From positions 18,724,001 through 18,788,000 of the forward strand of contig OX597834.1 in assembly GCA_951406725.2 (NCBI GenBank): DNA of 64,000 nt, given 5' to 3'. The translations under genes and the position numbers were made by a program. Positions within the stretch are counted from its first letter, which is position 1. Each line of letters starts with the position of its first letter. Shown piece by piece: positions 38,985-51,187 of this stretch. The stretch comes from Octopus vulgaris. Lineage: Eukaryota. The notes beneath the pieces were generated by a model. The model was not told where the DNA came from, searched no databases, and saw only the letters and a program-made list of their open reading frames with translations.

Positions 38985-39436
38985 ATTGTTCCCCTCTTTC
39001 TCTCTGTTATCCACAAACATACAGTCACATCAGAGGCTGAAGACGCTCGACCTTTATTCTCTAGAAAAACGCCGCTGCCATGGTGATCTCATTTTTGCTC
39101 ACAACATCATAAGCGAAAAGTGTAACCTCTTGAAAGAGCTGTTCTTCACTCCTGCTCTGGAGCATCGGCTGCGGGGTCACTCTGAAAAGCTCTATCTGCG
39201 ACGATTTCATCTCAATCGAAGGAGAGGGGCTTTCTCCGTCTGGGTTGCAGATCTGTGGAATAAGCTGCCGGACGAGATAGTGAAGATGCCGACGACCGCT
39301 CGTTTCAAAGTCTCTCTTGACCAGAAATGGCCTGAAATCTTTGCATGAACACCCTCCCTGTACATAACTCCATGTCCCCCTACATGGCCTTGATTTTTGC
39401 TTTTTGAGCCAAAAAATTAACTTAACTTAACTTAAC
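38985..39436 (+). mobile_element. 5'-truncated CR1-type LINE 3' end inserted into a tRNA-SINE
   Basis: RLKTLDLYSLEKRRCHGDLI...LRGHSEKL...LWNKLP...FKVSLD C-terminus and (TTAAC)n tail; host SINE remnants at about 38925-38985 and 39437-39640. Confidence 0.85.
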
Positions 39437-39839
39437 ATCAAGGAGATTCAGCATGACACAAGATGTGACAAGGCTGGTCCTTTGAAATTCGGGTACAATT
39501 CATTTTTGCGGGCTGAGTGGACTGGAGTAACATCAAATGAAGAGTCTATTGCTCAATGACATAATGCACCAACCAAGGCTTGAACTCGTGACCTCAGGAT
39601 CGTGAGCCAAATACCTTAACCGCTTAGTAACGTGCTTTCACATCTGCAGGAAATAACGGACCTAATTAAAGAAGACACTGCTTGATACATCAGCAAGAAA
39701 TAAATGTTAAAGTGACACATTTTTAAGATGGCAAATGGCCAAACACTGACTCTCAGTCTTTTTGCTCAACAGAACAACAACAACAGCAACAACAAAATGT
39801 TTTCCATGAACTCTTTTCACATTCAAGAACAGGTATCAT

Positions 39840-40641
39840 TCTTCATTCTTTCTTTCTTTTACTCATCCCTCTCTTTTTGTTCTTTTCACCCCTCTCCATT
39901 CTTTCTCTCTCTTCCCTCCTTTCTTTCTCTCTCTCTCCTTTTCTTCCTTCGTTTCTTCTCTCTCCTTCCTCTTTCCTCACTCACTTTCACTTTCCTGCTT
40001 TTCCTTCCTTCTTTCTGTTTTCTTTCTCACTTTCTCCTTCTCTAACTCCCTTTCTTTCTCTCTTTCTACCTTCATCTGTTCATTACTTTCTTTCTTTCTC
40101 CCTTTCTCCTTCTCTAACTTCCTTTCTTTCTTTCTCACTTGCTCCTTCTCTAACTTCCTTTCTTTCTCTCTTTCTACCTTCCTCTGCTCATTACTTTTCT
40201 TTCTATCTGTCTTACCTTCATCTCTCTCTCTCTCTCTCTCTCTCTCATTCAGACATGTTTAAACTGCTAACTAATCCCCAGATTTAAGAAGAAATAATGT
40301 GATGAGGCTTCTTCTATCTCAATCATAGTGATACAACAGAATTGATGTTTTACCAAAAATTATGGTAAGAACATTGACCTGAAGAACTCCTGAGGTTGAT
40401 TTCTGATGAACATGTGTGTGTGTGTGTGTGTACATACGGACACATACATATGGAGAAACACACAAGTATGAATCATATATATATATATATATATATGTAT
40501 GATTCATACTGAAGATTTTAATAAATGAAAGTAGTATTTAATTTATAATTTTTATTAATATGAAGACAAATATAGTATCAGAGTGTCTATACATACAAAT
40601 ATACATACATACATGTATGTACATATAAATGTATGTGTGAA

Positions 40642-40690
<49 letters not shown>

Positions 40691-40703
40691 GTATGTATAT
40701 TTT

Positions 40704-40734
<31 letters not shown>

Positions 40735-40742
40735 TAATATAC

Positions 40743-40780
<38 letters not shown>

Positions 40781-41030
40781 GTATGTGTGAATATATATGT
40801 GTGTGTGCGTGTGTGTATATATGTATATATACACATATATATTCACACATACATATATGTATACACACATATATAAACATATATGCACATATACTTTTGT
40901 GTTATATATTTATATACATGCATGTATGTATGTATATAAACAAATACATACATGTATATAAAAAAATACATACATATATATATATATATATATATTTGTA
41001 TATGTCTATTTTTATGAATATTGGTGTGTA
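39840..41030. repeat. CT-rich low-complexity tract followed by (TA)/(TG) arrays
   Basis: Seen directly. Confidence 0.9.
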
Positions 41031-41382
41031 TATGTTGGCGGAAGTCTATATCAGTATATTTAAGAAATAATCATACATTAAAGAAAAGCAAATTCTTGTA
41101 ATTGAAAATACAAATGTATGTATAACATTATAGACTGGTAAGATATAATTTAATTTTGTAACTGGTGTGTCTTGTAAGCCGTAACAGAAGTGGTGGAACC
41201 TGGGGTTAAAACGGTATTCTAATAATCCCCACAAATCACAAATTCATCCATTCTTATGTAAAAGGATTCAATCATACTGTAGTAAACCACAAAAGTATTA
41301 CATATTAATTTCTAGCTGGCTTTGAGCTCCATGATCAAATTATTTTCTCAGTCTTACCCTCGCCTCTCTCTCTCTTTGTATG

Positions 41383-41848
41383 CATCATCATCATCGTTTA
41401 ACGTCCGTTCTCCATGCTAGCATGGGTTGGACGGTTCGACCGGGGATCTGGGAAGCCAGAAGGCTGCACCAGGCTCCAGTCTGATCTGGCAGTGTTTCTA
41501 CAGCTGGATGCCTTTCCTAACGCCAACCACTCCGTGAGTGTAGTGGGTGCTTTTTACGTGCCAGGCGAGGCTGGCAATGGCCACGATCGGATTGGTGCTT
41601 TTTACGTGCCACTGGCCCGGAAGGCAGTCAAGGCGGCGCTGGCATGTGTATATAAGTTGGTGTAGGTGTATCTGTGTGGTAAGAAGTTTGCTTCCCAATC
41701 ACATAATGCCAGGTTCAGTCCCACTGTGTGACACCTTGGGAAAATGTCTTATACTATGCCCTCAGACTGATCAAATCCTTATAAGTGGATTTGGTGGATG
41801 GAAACTGAAATAAGCCTATCATATTATGTATGAATCTGTGCGTGTGTT

Positions 41849-41879
<31 letters not shown>

Positions 41880-42210
41880 CATCATCATCATCGTTTAATG
41901 TCCGCTTTCCATGCTAGCATGGGTTGGACGATTTTGACTGAGGGCTGGCGAACAAGATGGTTTCACCAGGCTCCAATCTTGATTTGGCAGAGTTTCTACA
42001 GCAGGATGCCTTTCTTAACACCAACCACTCCGAGAGTGTAGTGGGTGCTTTTTACGTGCCAGTCAGGCGGTACTGGTAACGACCTCGCTCGAATCCTTTT
42101 ACACATGCCACCAGCACAGGTGCCAGTAAGGCACTTTGGTAAAGATCACGCTTGAATGGTGTCCTTTTACATGCCACTGGCACGGAAGCCAGTTGGCTGC
42201 TCTGGCAAAG
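41383..42210 (-). mobile_element. Cluster: family C copies at about 41383-41645 and 41879-42210, with a family A head (+) between them
   Basis: Similarity to families C and A. Confidence 0.75.
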
Positions 42211-42454
42211 TGTAATATGTGACAATTATTCGGTAGCCATGATAAAACTCCAAGTTTCGGATGCCGAGGTGGAAATCCACACCGTCATCTCTTCAGTTAT
42301 CCAACCATAGGAAAATTGCTTTGAAAAATGAGGTCATTTTTCATAGCATTTTTGCTATGGCCGGATAACTGAAGAGATGGTGGTGTGGATTTCCACCTCG
42401 GCATCTGAAACGTGGAGTTTTATCATGACTACTGAATAATTGTCACATATTACA
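42211..42454. mobile_element. Palindromic MITE with near-perfect arms of about 100 bp
   Basis: TGTAATATGTGACAATTATTC ... GAATAATTGTCACATATTACA inverted repeat. Confidence 0.8.
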
Positions 42455-42639
42455 TTTGCAGATTCAAGGTCTTTTTCTTTCTTTTGTTGTCTTGCTATTT
42501 TTATCAATATATACATACACACACACAGACAAGAAGGAAGTAAATAGATACCTTTAATTTTCAAAATTTCTGATCTAAATGTCTTAATATGTTTTCAGCG
42601 GTGTAGAATTTATAATGTAATTCTTCTTTTTCATTCCAG

Positions 42640-43150
42640 GTGCCATTATATAAAACATTTGCAAAGAGTAACCATGCCATGCACAAAAAATTCAGCAGAA
42701 GTATCAGATTTTCAAAGAGGTGATGTTGTTGGGCAATCTGCGGCTGGCCTTAGCCAGCAAAAAATTGCCGAAAATCTTCAAATTCTTCTTGCTACTGTTA
42801 ATAGAATTATAGTGCAATTCAAAACCCAAGGAAAAGAATCAACAGATTCTCGTCCCAGCCGACCTGTGCCCTTGTAAAGGAAGCTTCACTGTTTGAAGAG
42901 AATTGTGGAAAATGAACCCCATTCAAAGGCTTCTGACATTGCAAAACAGCTAGAAGTTAGTCCAAGAACATGTGTTACATATTTGCATAAGCTTGGGTAT
43001 TATGGATGAGTAGCTAGAAGAAAACCTCTCCTTCAACCAATTAATATCATGAAAAGAAAGAAATGGGCTAGGGAGATGTCAGAAAAATCCAGTTCATTTT
43101 ACAGATACTGGACATGTTTGGGTCTGGAGGCTTCCCAATCAAGAATTTGA
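42640..43150 (+). pseudogene. Decayed Tc1-like transposase, N-terminal half
   Basis: SDFQRGDVVG...SQQKIAENL HTH; LHKLGYYG*VARRKPLL motif; in-frame stops. Confidence 0.8.
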
Positions 43151-43439
43151 TTATCACATTATATAGATTAGTTTAGTTATAAACATTCAGAACACGTCCC
43201 TAATCCAAAGATAATTCAGTATCTTGATATCATAATATGCTGCTTTCCACTATTTGCAAGCCATGAGCCAGGTTCTCTTCCACCGACCCATCCACCAACC
43301 CTCTCCCTCTCTCTCCTCAAACATATCGTCACATTACTTTCAGTTTAAGAACCAACCTCAATCTCAACAGAGGGCTTCATCACTTCCGGAGGAAGAACCC
43401 CTCCCTTGACTCCTTCCACCACTGTCTGTCATTGACAAA

Positions 43440-43650
43440 TCTTGGCTGTGTAGGCCTCAAGTAGCGAGTGAAATCATTTCACTCCCCTGTCTTTGGTCAG
43501 CCTCTTGATCTTGTCCACTGTCAACCTGTTGATTGTCCATCTGTTGTCCTTCAGTTGTGCGATGTGACCAGCCCATCTATATTTGTTTTCCTTGATGGCT
43601 CTTATGTTGTTGACTCTCGTGTGCTGTCGAATTTTGGCAGTGAATTTTTT
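43440..43650 (-). mobile_element. RTE-clade LINE ORF C-terminal remnant
   Basis: KIRQHTRVNNIRAIKENKYRWAGHIAQLKDNRWT motif. Confidence 0.7.
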
Positions 43651-44202
43651 TAACTTCTTGTTTATTTAAGAACCAAGCAATATTTAATTGGAGTTTGTTC
43701 CATTTTTCTTCTCACAGTTTTAGTGGCCCTGCAAAGATCAAAAACATGCTCAATACTCTTGACTAAACCATTTGAAGAAAAACAAAAAACTTGAATGGAA
43801 AGCATATTTCAAATCTGGAAAACAGTACTATCATCCTATACCTGTAAAAAAAGGTTGGGATAAGAAGAATGGTAAAAAAACAAAAAAAGACAGGTGTGAG
43901 CATGTAAAGAAACAGGGGGTACATATGTGAATGTGTAAGTCGGACGGAATGAGAAACTGTGACAGTGAAAGACAGAGAAAGAGAGTGAGATGGAGAGGAG
44001 AAAATCAAGACAGATAAGATAATGATGTGATATTTGAGTATCTTATAAAAAAATTTGGAAATCCCAACTTGGAGAATAGATTCAATGGCAGCAGCTTGTT
44101 GACTGAAGTAGGGCGTGTTCACTGCAATTGTGTCCCATGTACACTTGTAACACTCCCCCAACACATACGTGTTCTACACTTTGATCTTAGCATATATATA
44201 TA

Positions 44203-44237
<35 letters not shown>

Positions 44238-44384
44238 TGGGTAATGAGAAATATTAGAAATTTCTACTACCAGTGGCCTAGCATGTAAAAATTTAGTCAA
44301 CAGACTATATATTATTCATATAAATGTACATTGTATTTATATATATATATATACACAAGAAAAAAGCAACAAGAATGGATTAGT

Positions 44385-44476
44385 TTTTCAGTACAATTGT
44401 TTCATACGAAGACCAGCTTTATTAAAAGCTGCAAATATTGCAGAAAATACAAGTGTCCCGTACTCATCAGCCAAAA
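44385..44476 (-). ncRNA. Type-I hammerhead ribozyme motif with intact core (Penelope-like)
   Basis: TTTTGG-CTGATGA-stem II-GAAAC-AATT-GTA-CTGAAA. Confidence 0.7.
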
Positions 44477-44599
44477 CACATATGAGTTCTCCAAGCATCC
44501 TAGTGGGTGAGGCTACACTCATGAAGTATCGAAGATAGTTCTATAAAAAGCAAATTTAGATTGTAAGCAGACTTCCAATATATATATATACACATACAT

Positions 44600-44652
<53 letters not shown>

Positions 44653-45546
44653 CATACATACATACACACAGATACACACACACAAGCATACACTTCTCTC
44701 ATCGTGGATCATACAAGGTGTGAACGAAAACACAAGTGGTTATTTGGCAACCTTTCAGACAAGAAACAGTTAAACCATTTCTTTACACTGAAACAAAGAC
44801 AAAACATGAAGGATGAGGGGAGACAGACATTGGGAATCCAACCAAAGTTGAGAAAGAAAGCAAGAACAAAGCGAACGCGAAAGACATAGGAGGCAAGGAG
44901 GAGGGGGGGGGGGCAAAGTGGCGGGAGGAGGTGGAGGAAGGGGAGGAGAGATTAAAATGGCATAAACCAAATCTAAATCGGCTTCACATCTGTTTTAAAC
45001 ATTTGTCAGTGGATTGCTCTGCATATTATTTGCATCAATTGTCAGAGTAATTTAACAAACAAATGTCTTTACTTAATATCAATCACTAAGCATTAAAAAA
45101 AAAGGCAAGATCATAAATAAGGCATGTAAAAATGATAATGAATGATAACTGTGTGTATGTGTTTGTGTACACATGTATATTTGTATATAAGTATGATTAT
45201 ACAAATATCATACACATGTAATTGTAATTTCATGCCATGCTAAACATTGATGTCAACCCACTAGAGTAATATCCACATGATTCTCATTTAACATCCATGT
45301 TCCATGCTGGCATGGGTTGGATGGATATATGAAGGTGGGGTGGGGTGGGGGGCACTGAAAAATTCCTGGCTTTGGGTAAAAGAAAATAGAGGAGGATCAA
45401 TTGATTATGATTTTATGCAACATATTCCTCTTGCAGATTTGCAGCAGTCCTTCAGTTTTTCTAAGCTCTGTAAAAAATTTCAGAATGTTGGGCTTCTAAC
45501 CAAGCCTTTCACGATACCCTTAAAGCCAGGAACTTTTCAGCACACC

Positions 45547-45590
<44 letters not shown>

Positions 45591-46103
45591 GTCTTGCAAG
45601 TACTTGGTGACCCTGTCAGTGCAGGTGCCACTTAAAAGCACCCAGTCCACACTGTAAAGCGGTTGGCATTTGGAAGGACATCCAGTGGAATCTATAGATG
45701 GACAATTCAATTTCCAGCAGCCAGGCAGACCATAAGGCCCTTTATGATGCCATCTGAGCTTCCGTTACACCTGAGCAGTCTATAGGTAAGAAAAATCTGT
45801 ATGAAGATGTAGTCAAAGCTCCAAGTGCTAACTGACCTTTCAATTTTTAGCCAATTATACGGTAAATAAATATTGATTTCATATTTTGGCACAAGGTCAA
45901 CAAGTTTGAGGAACAAAATAAATCAATGACATTGATCCCAGTCTGCACCTGGTACTTGTTTTATCAACCTTGAAAGGATGGAAAGATAATATTGAACTCA
46001 GAATATAAAGATGGATGAAAAGCCACTAGCGGTTCTGCCAGCTACTTTTATGGTAATCAAATATTGCTGATGTGAAGGTATTATATTTTAATATTTTGAG
46101 ATA

Positions 46104-46342
46104 TTAACCCTTAGGAGATGACAGGGCTGATCTCTTGGCCAAAAAGTTAAATGACAAAGAAGATTGTCCTAGTTCATTTCCTACAAGAATGTATATAGTT
46201 TTATATATGTAAGGTAATTACATTAGTTTTTATAATTTTTTTTTTGAAAAATAAGTGCATGCCCTCTGAATAAGGCTTGTGAAAAGGGCTCCATCTTTTT
46301 GGTACTGAAACTTCAAATGAGGCTCTGTTTCCAAAGGGTTAA
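46104..46342. mobile_element. piggyBac-type MITE, degenerate TIRs
   Basis: TTAACCCTT ... AAGGGTTAA ends with partial TIR extension. Confidence 0.55.
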
Positions 46343-47149
46343 GGTGGCGAGGTGCCAAAGTCATTGGCACAAGCGACAAAGTGCTTAATGGCATTTTGTC
46401 TGTCTTTATGTCATGAGCCCAAATTCTGTCAAGGTGAGGCTGACTTTGCTTGTTGTCCTTCCGAGGTCGATAAAGTAATTACCAGTTGAACACTGAGGTT
46501 GCTGCAATCAACTTACCACCTCCCCCAAATTTGCTGGCCTTGTGCCACAGTTGGAAATCAATATTTTGAGATATTAGGTTGGCGAGCTGCCAGAGACATT
46601 AGCACATCAGACAAACTGCTAAGTAGCATTTCATCTGTCAAATTCTGCCAAGGTCAGCTGTGCCTTTCATCCTTTTTTGGGGGGTCAATAAAATAAGCAC
46701 TAGTTGATCACTGGGGTCGATATAATAAACTTGTCTTCTCCCTGAAATTTGCTGGCCTTGTGTCAAAATTTGAAAGCAATATTTTGAGATATTAGCTTGA
46801 AAATGATCTCTTCATAGAAATTATAACTAGCAATTGAAATAGAATAAAAATATTGGGAATAAATAGATCAGTTTCAGCAAGAGTCTTCTAGAATTGCTTC
46901 ATGCTTACCAATGCCTTGTAAGTGAAATGGGAAAACAAAATCTGACCAGACACCTGTTGAGAGGGAGAGAGAGAGAGAGAGAGTGTGTGTCTGTGTGTGT
47001 GCACGCGCACATATAATTGCATGTGTATATATATGTATATATATATATGTGTGTGTGTGCACGCACACATATAATTGCATGTGTATATATATGTATATAT
47101 ATATGTGTGTGTGTGTGTATGTGCATGTGTATATATATGTATATATATA

Positions 47150-47200
<51 letters not shown>

Positions 47201-47750
47201 ATATATATATGATGGGCTTCTTTCAGTTCCCATCTACCAAATCCACTCACAAGACTTTGGTCAACCCGAGGCTATAATAGAAGTTACTTGTCCAAGGTGT
47301 CATACAGTGGGACTGAACCCAGAACCATGTGGTGAGAAGCAAGCTTCTTATCACACAGCCACGCTGCACCTATATATAGATGCAAACATACATCCATCAC
47401 ACATAATATATATATATATATATATACATACACACACATGCATATGAGCACATACATGCACACACATCTATATATATCATTATCATTTAATGTTCATTTT
47501 TTGGACTGGATGGGTTGGATGGTTTGACTAAAAACTTGTAAGTTGGGCAGCTGCTCCGGGTCCCACTATGATTTGGCATGGTTTTTACAGCTGGATGCCC
47601 TTCCTAATACCAACCACTCCAAGAATGTAGTGTGTGCTTTTTACAGGCCACCAGCACGGATCCCAGTTATGAAACACCAGTAATGGCCACAACTATGATC
47701 CCATTTGGCTCGAGAGGTCTTCCCAAGCATGGTATATTGTCAAAGGTCTT

Positions 47751-47816
<66 letters not shown>

Positions 47817-48080
47817 ATAATAACAAAGGGTAAAATTAATTAATTAAGAAGTAATCAATAATTTCACCAAGTAGAATTTGGCATGAAAAAAGGACCATTT
47901 CACAGTAAACTTAAGTAATACTTAATAATTAGGGTTCAGCAAAGATTTTGCTCTACCACATACCAATAGTATTTTGGTTTCTCTGGGAGTCCCTTTTTAA
48001 AGTAGAAGAAATAGCTAAGGTTTTTGGTTGCTATTTCTAAACTTCGGTATGTGGTAAAGCAAATCTTTGCTGAACATTAA

Positions 48081-48123
<43 letters not shown>

Positions 48124-48714
48124 CATACCTCCCTTTCCTTCATCTCTTGCTCCCCATCCACACTCCTAGTACCTCTGTCCCCACTGACTTTTGCACACCG
48201 TTTGTACTGATCATCCACGCCCTCTCTTCCAAATGCAAGCAGCGATGTAATTCCCCTACAAGAACCCACTTTTTCCCTACCTCTCATACTCTAACCCTCA
48301 TCATTGGGTTTCATAGTCTAGTGAACTGCATGACAACCTCACCAGTTCTGGTGGCATGGAAGAAGGCACCCTGTACATGTTGCTGAAGTAAAGTAGTTGG
48401 CACTCGGAATGACATCCAAAACAGACAGTTGAACACGATGAAGTCTTTGGACTCATCTGATCCTATCAAACTGTCCAGCCATGCCAACATGCAGAATAGA
48501 TGTTAAATGATGATAATGACATACATACATTTGTTAACTTTATATCAGTTTTTCCATGCTGGCATGGGTTAGATGATTAAATTAGTAAGGCATTGTTTTA
48601 TAGTTGGACACCCTTTCTGTCACTAAACCTTCTCTTTTTTTCAAGTAAGGGATCTCTTGAAAAATGCCGAGTTAACAGACAGTTTGCTGATAGGAGGAGA
48701 AATGACAACAATAT

Positions 48715-48942
48715 TATCTGTTTCCTTACTACCCACAAGGGGCTAAACACAGATGGGACAAACAAGGACAGACAAAGGGATTAAGTCGATTACATCGACC
48801 CCAGTGCGTAACTGGTACTTATTTAATCGACCCCGAAAGGATGAAAGGCAAAGTCGACCTCGGCGGAATTTGAACTCAGAACGTAGCGGCAGACGAAATA
48901 TAGCTACGCGTTTCGCCTGGCGTGCTAACGGTTCTGCCAGCC
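48715..48942 (-). mobile_element. SINE family B copy
   Basis: Reverse-complement match. Confidence 0.85.
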
Positions 48943-49209
48943 ACCCGACAACAATATTATCACTCGTAGCCCGCAACTTTCAGAGAAGTGCAAATGTGAA
49001 CCTACAGATATATACATAAGCAGGTGCACATAAGCATGCACATGCTTCTTTCAGTTTCTATCACTCAGATCTCTTACAAGCTGTTAGTTAACTCAGTGCT
49101 ATACTAGAAGACACTTGGTCCAAATACCATGCAATGGGAATGAACCCAAAATCATACGATTGGAAGCAAACTTCTTAATCAAATCACATAACCATTATTG
49201 TGGCTGTAG

Positions 49210-49570
49210 ATCTATCTACCTATCTATCTACATGTCTATATTTAAATATATATATTTATATATATCTGTCTATCTTTCTATTTATATATCTGTCTGTCTA
49301 TCTTTATATGTCTATCTATCTTTATATCTATATATATACATATATATATATATATATCTATATCTATATATCTATCTATATATATATATATCTATCTATA
49401 TATATATCTATATATATCTATCTATATATATATCTATATATATCTATCTATATCTATATCTATATATATCTATCTATATATATATCTATATATATCTATC
49501 TATATATATATATCTATATATATCTATATATATATATATCTATATATATATATTTATATCTATATATATA

Positions 49571-49618
<48 letters not shown>

Positions 49619-49730
49619 CCTATCTATCTATCTACCTACCTATCTATCTTTATATCTATCTATACACACACACACACGCACATCCACACATTTATGTGTA
49701 TATACTTACAGTCACACATATACATATACG
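49210..49730. repeat. (TA)/(TATC) microsatellite
   Basis: Seen directly. Confidence 0.95.
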
Positions 49731-50302
49731 AGAATCAGTAGGGAGAGGAAGTACTCAAGACTTACCACCGATGCTACTGGGAACAGAATGAAGACCACGA
49801 CACGCCACTTATACTACAACTCAACATCTTTCACACAAACGAACAATCGTTCCCCATATTATTAACTACACTCAACTAATTTAGCAGTGCAAAGTAAAGA
49901 CTACGGGTGCTGCCACCCGACGCCTCCTCATTCAAACGGGGTGGGGTGGGGTGGGTACGTGTAATGTCCCCGTATGACCAAAGCCCAGTTGTTGGATGTA
50001 GAAAAAGTGTATATGCGCATACTAACAAGCTGCTAAGAGCTCTGTGTATACAACAGAGTGCAAAACGTTCGTACACACAGACACACACTATCAACAACTT
50101 GTTAGTTGGTTGGGTATCGTCGTCATCCGATTGTGATGCGTATTTTTATTCCCAGTCGGGTATCTGAGCATTCTGTGTTTTTCGCTTATATACATCGTCT
50201 AGTAATAGTATCGATAAGACTACTTGGATAGTCCGGTGTTGAAGAGGCGATTGAATATTGACGGAGGTGTAGAGAAGAATAAACGGAATTTAAAAAGACA
50301 AG

Positions 50303-50353
<51 letters not shown>

Positions 50354-51151
50354 GTCTGGGGAGAGTCATTCTCTTTTAGTGCTTTATAATCTAACACACT
50401 CGCCGGTAAAATTTCCATTTATTTCTTTCTATATTTTTCTAAAATTTTCGTTGCGTCTTGCAACCTTTTCAGTAGTTTAGGCAGGTGTGATTCGATGAAG
50501 ATTTGACTGCTATTTCTAACAGTTTTGCCGATCTCGTAGATATATATTAGAATTAGAAGTGGAGGGTAAAGAGGCGGAAAATCCCTTCACAAAGCATCGT
50601 TGTTGACAATGCTTAAACACGAGGAAAAAAAAGTCGAAAAATCTAAGAAAAAATAAGGGCGGAGATGATGGTGGGGGGTTAAAGAAATAAATAATGATTT
50701 CTTTATTTAATAATACTGATGTAACAACTTTAAAGAAGGAAAGGAAAAGACAGCGAAATATATCTATCAAATCTACACGTGCATCTGGCTTGACAACACA
50801 TGAGGCGTGCAAAACATCAGTTTAGAAAAACGTCGTTCTCTTCTCTCATTCATTCATTCGCTTTTTTTATTTCTCCTGCACTTCGACTTTTCACTTGCTA
50901 GTTCTGTCTATCCACCCCTTCGCACTCTGTGTGCTTGCATATTTATGTGAGTATATAATATATCTATATAATTTTCAGAAAGAAAAAGGCTGACAGTGAT
51001 TTCGAAGTTTGGCAACTAAGTTGAAAATTGTCGACCTTTTCTTTGTAGAATTAAATAAAATGTAATGCTCAGATGTATTGAGTCATCCTTTAATTAATGC
51101 TTGTATTAATAGTAAACATCTATGTATGTTCTTTTTCTGCTTATTGCCAAA

Positions 51152-51187
<36 letters not shown>

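Noticed and set aside
40503-40540. CTGAAGA...GAAA hammerhead-like string
   Set aside because: No convincing stem I with a correctly placed NUH site.
45718-45785. Plus-strand AG...GTAAG exon-like segment
   Set aside because: Stops in all three frames and no supporting neighbouring exons.
16404-49865. Many long ORFs rich in Y/I/H/T/C/V (e.g. 16424-16843, 31469-31960, 35757-36251, 49200-49865)
   Set aside because: They are translations of (TA)/(CA)/(TATC) microsatellites.
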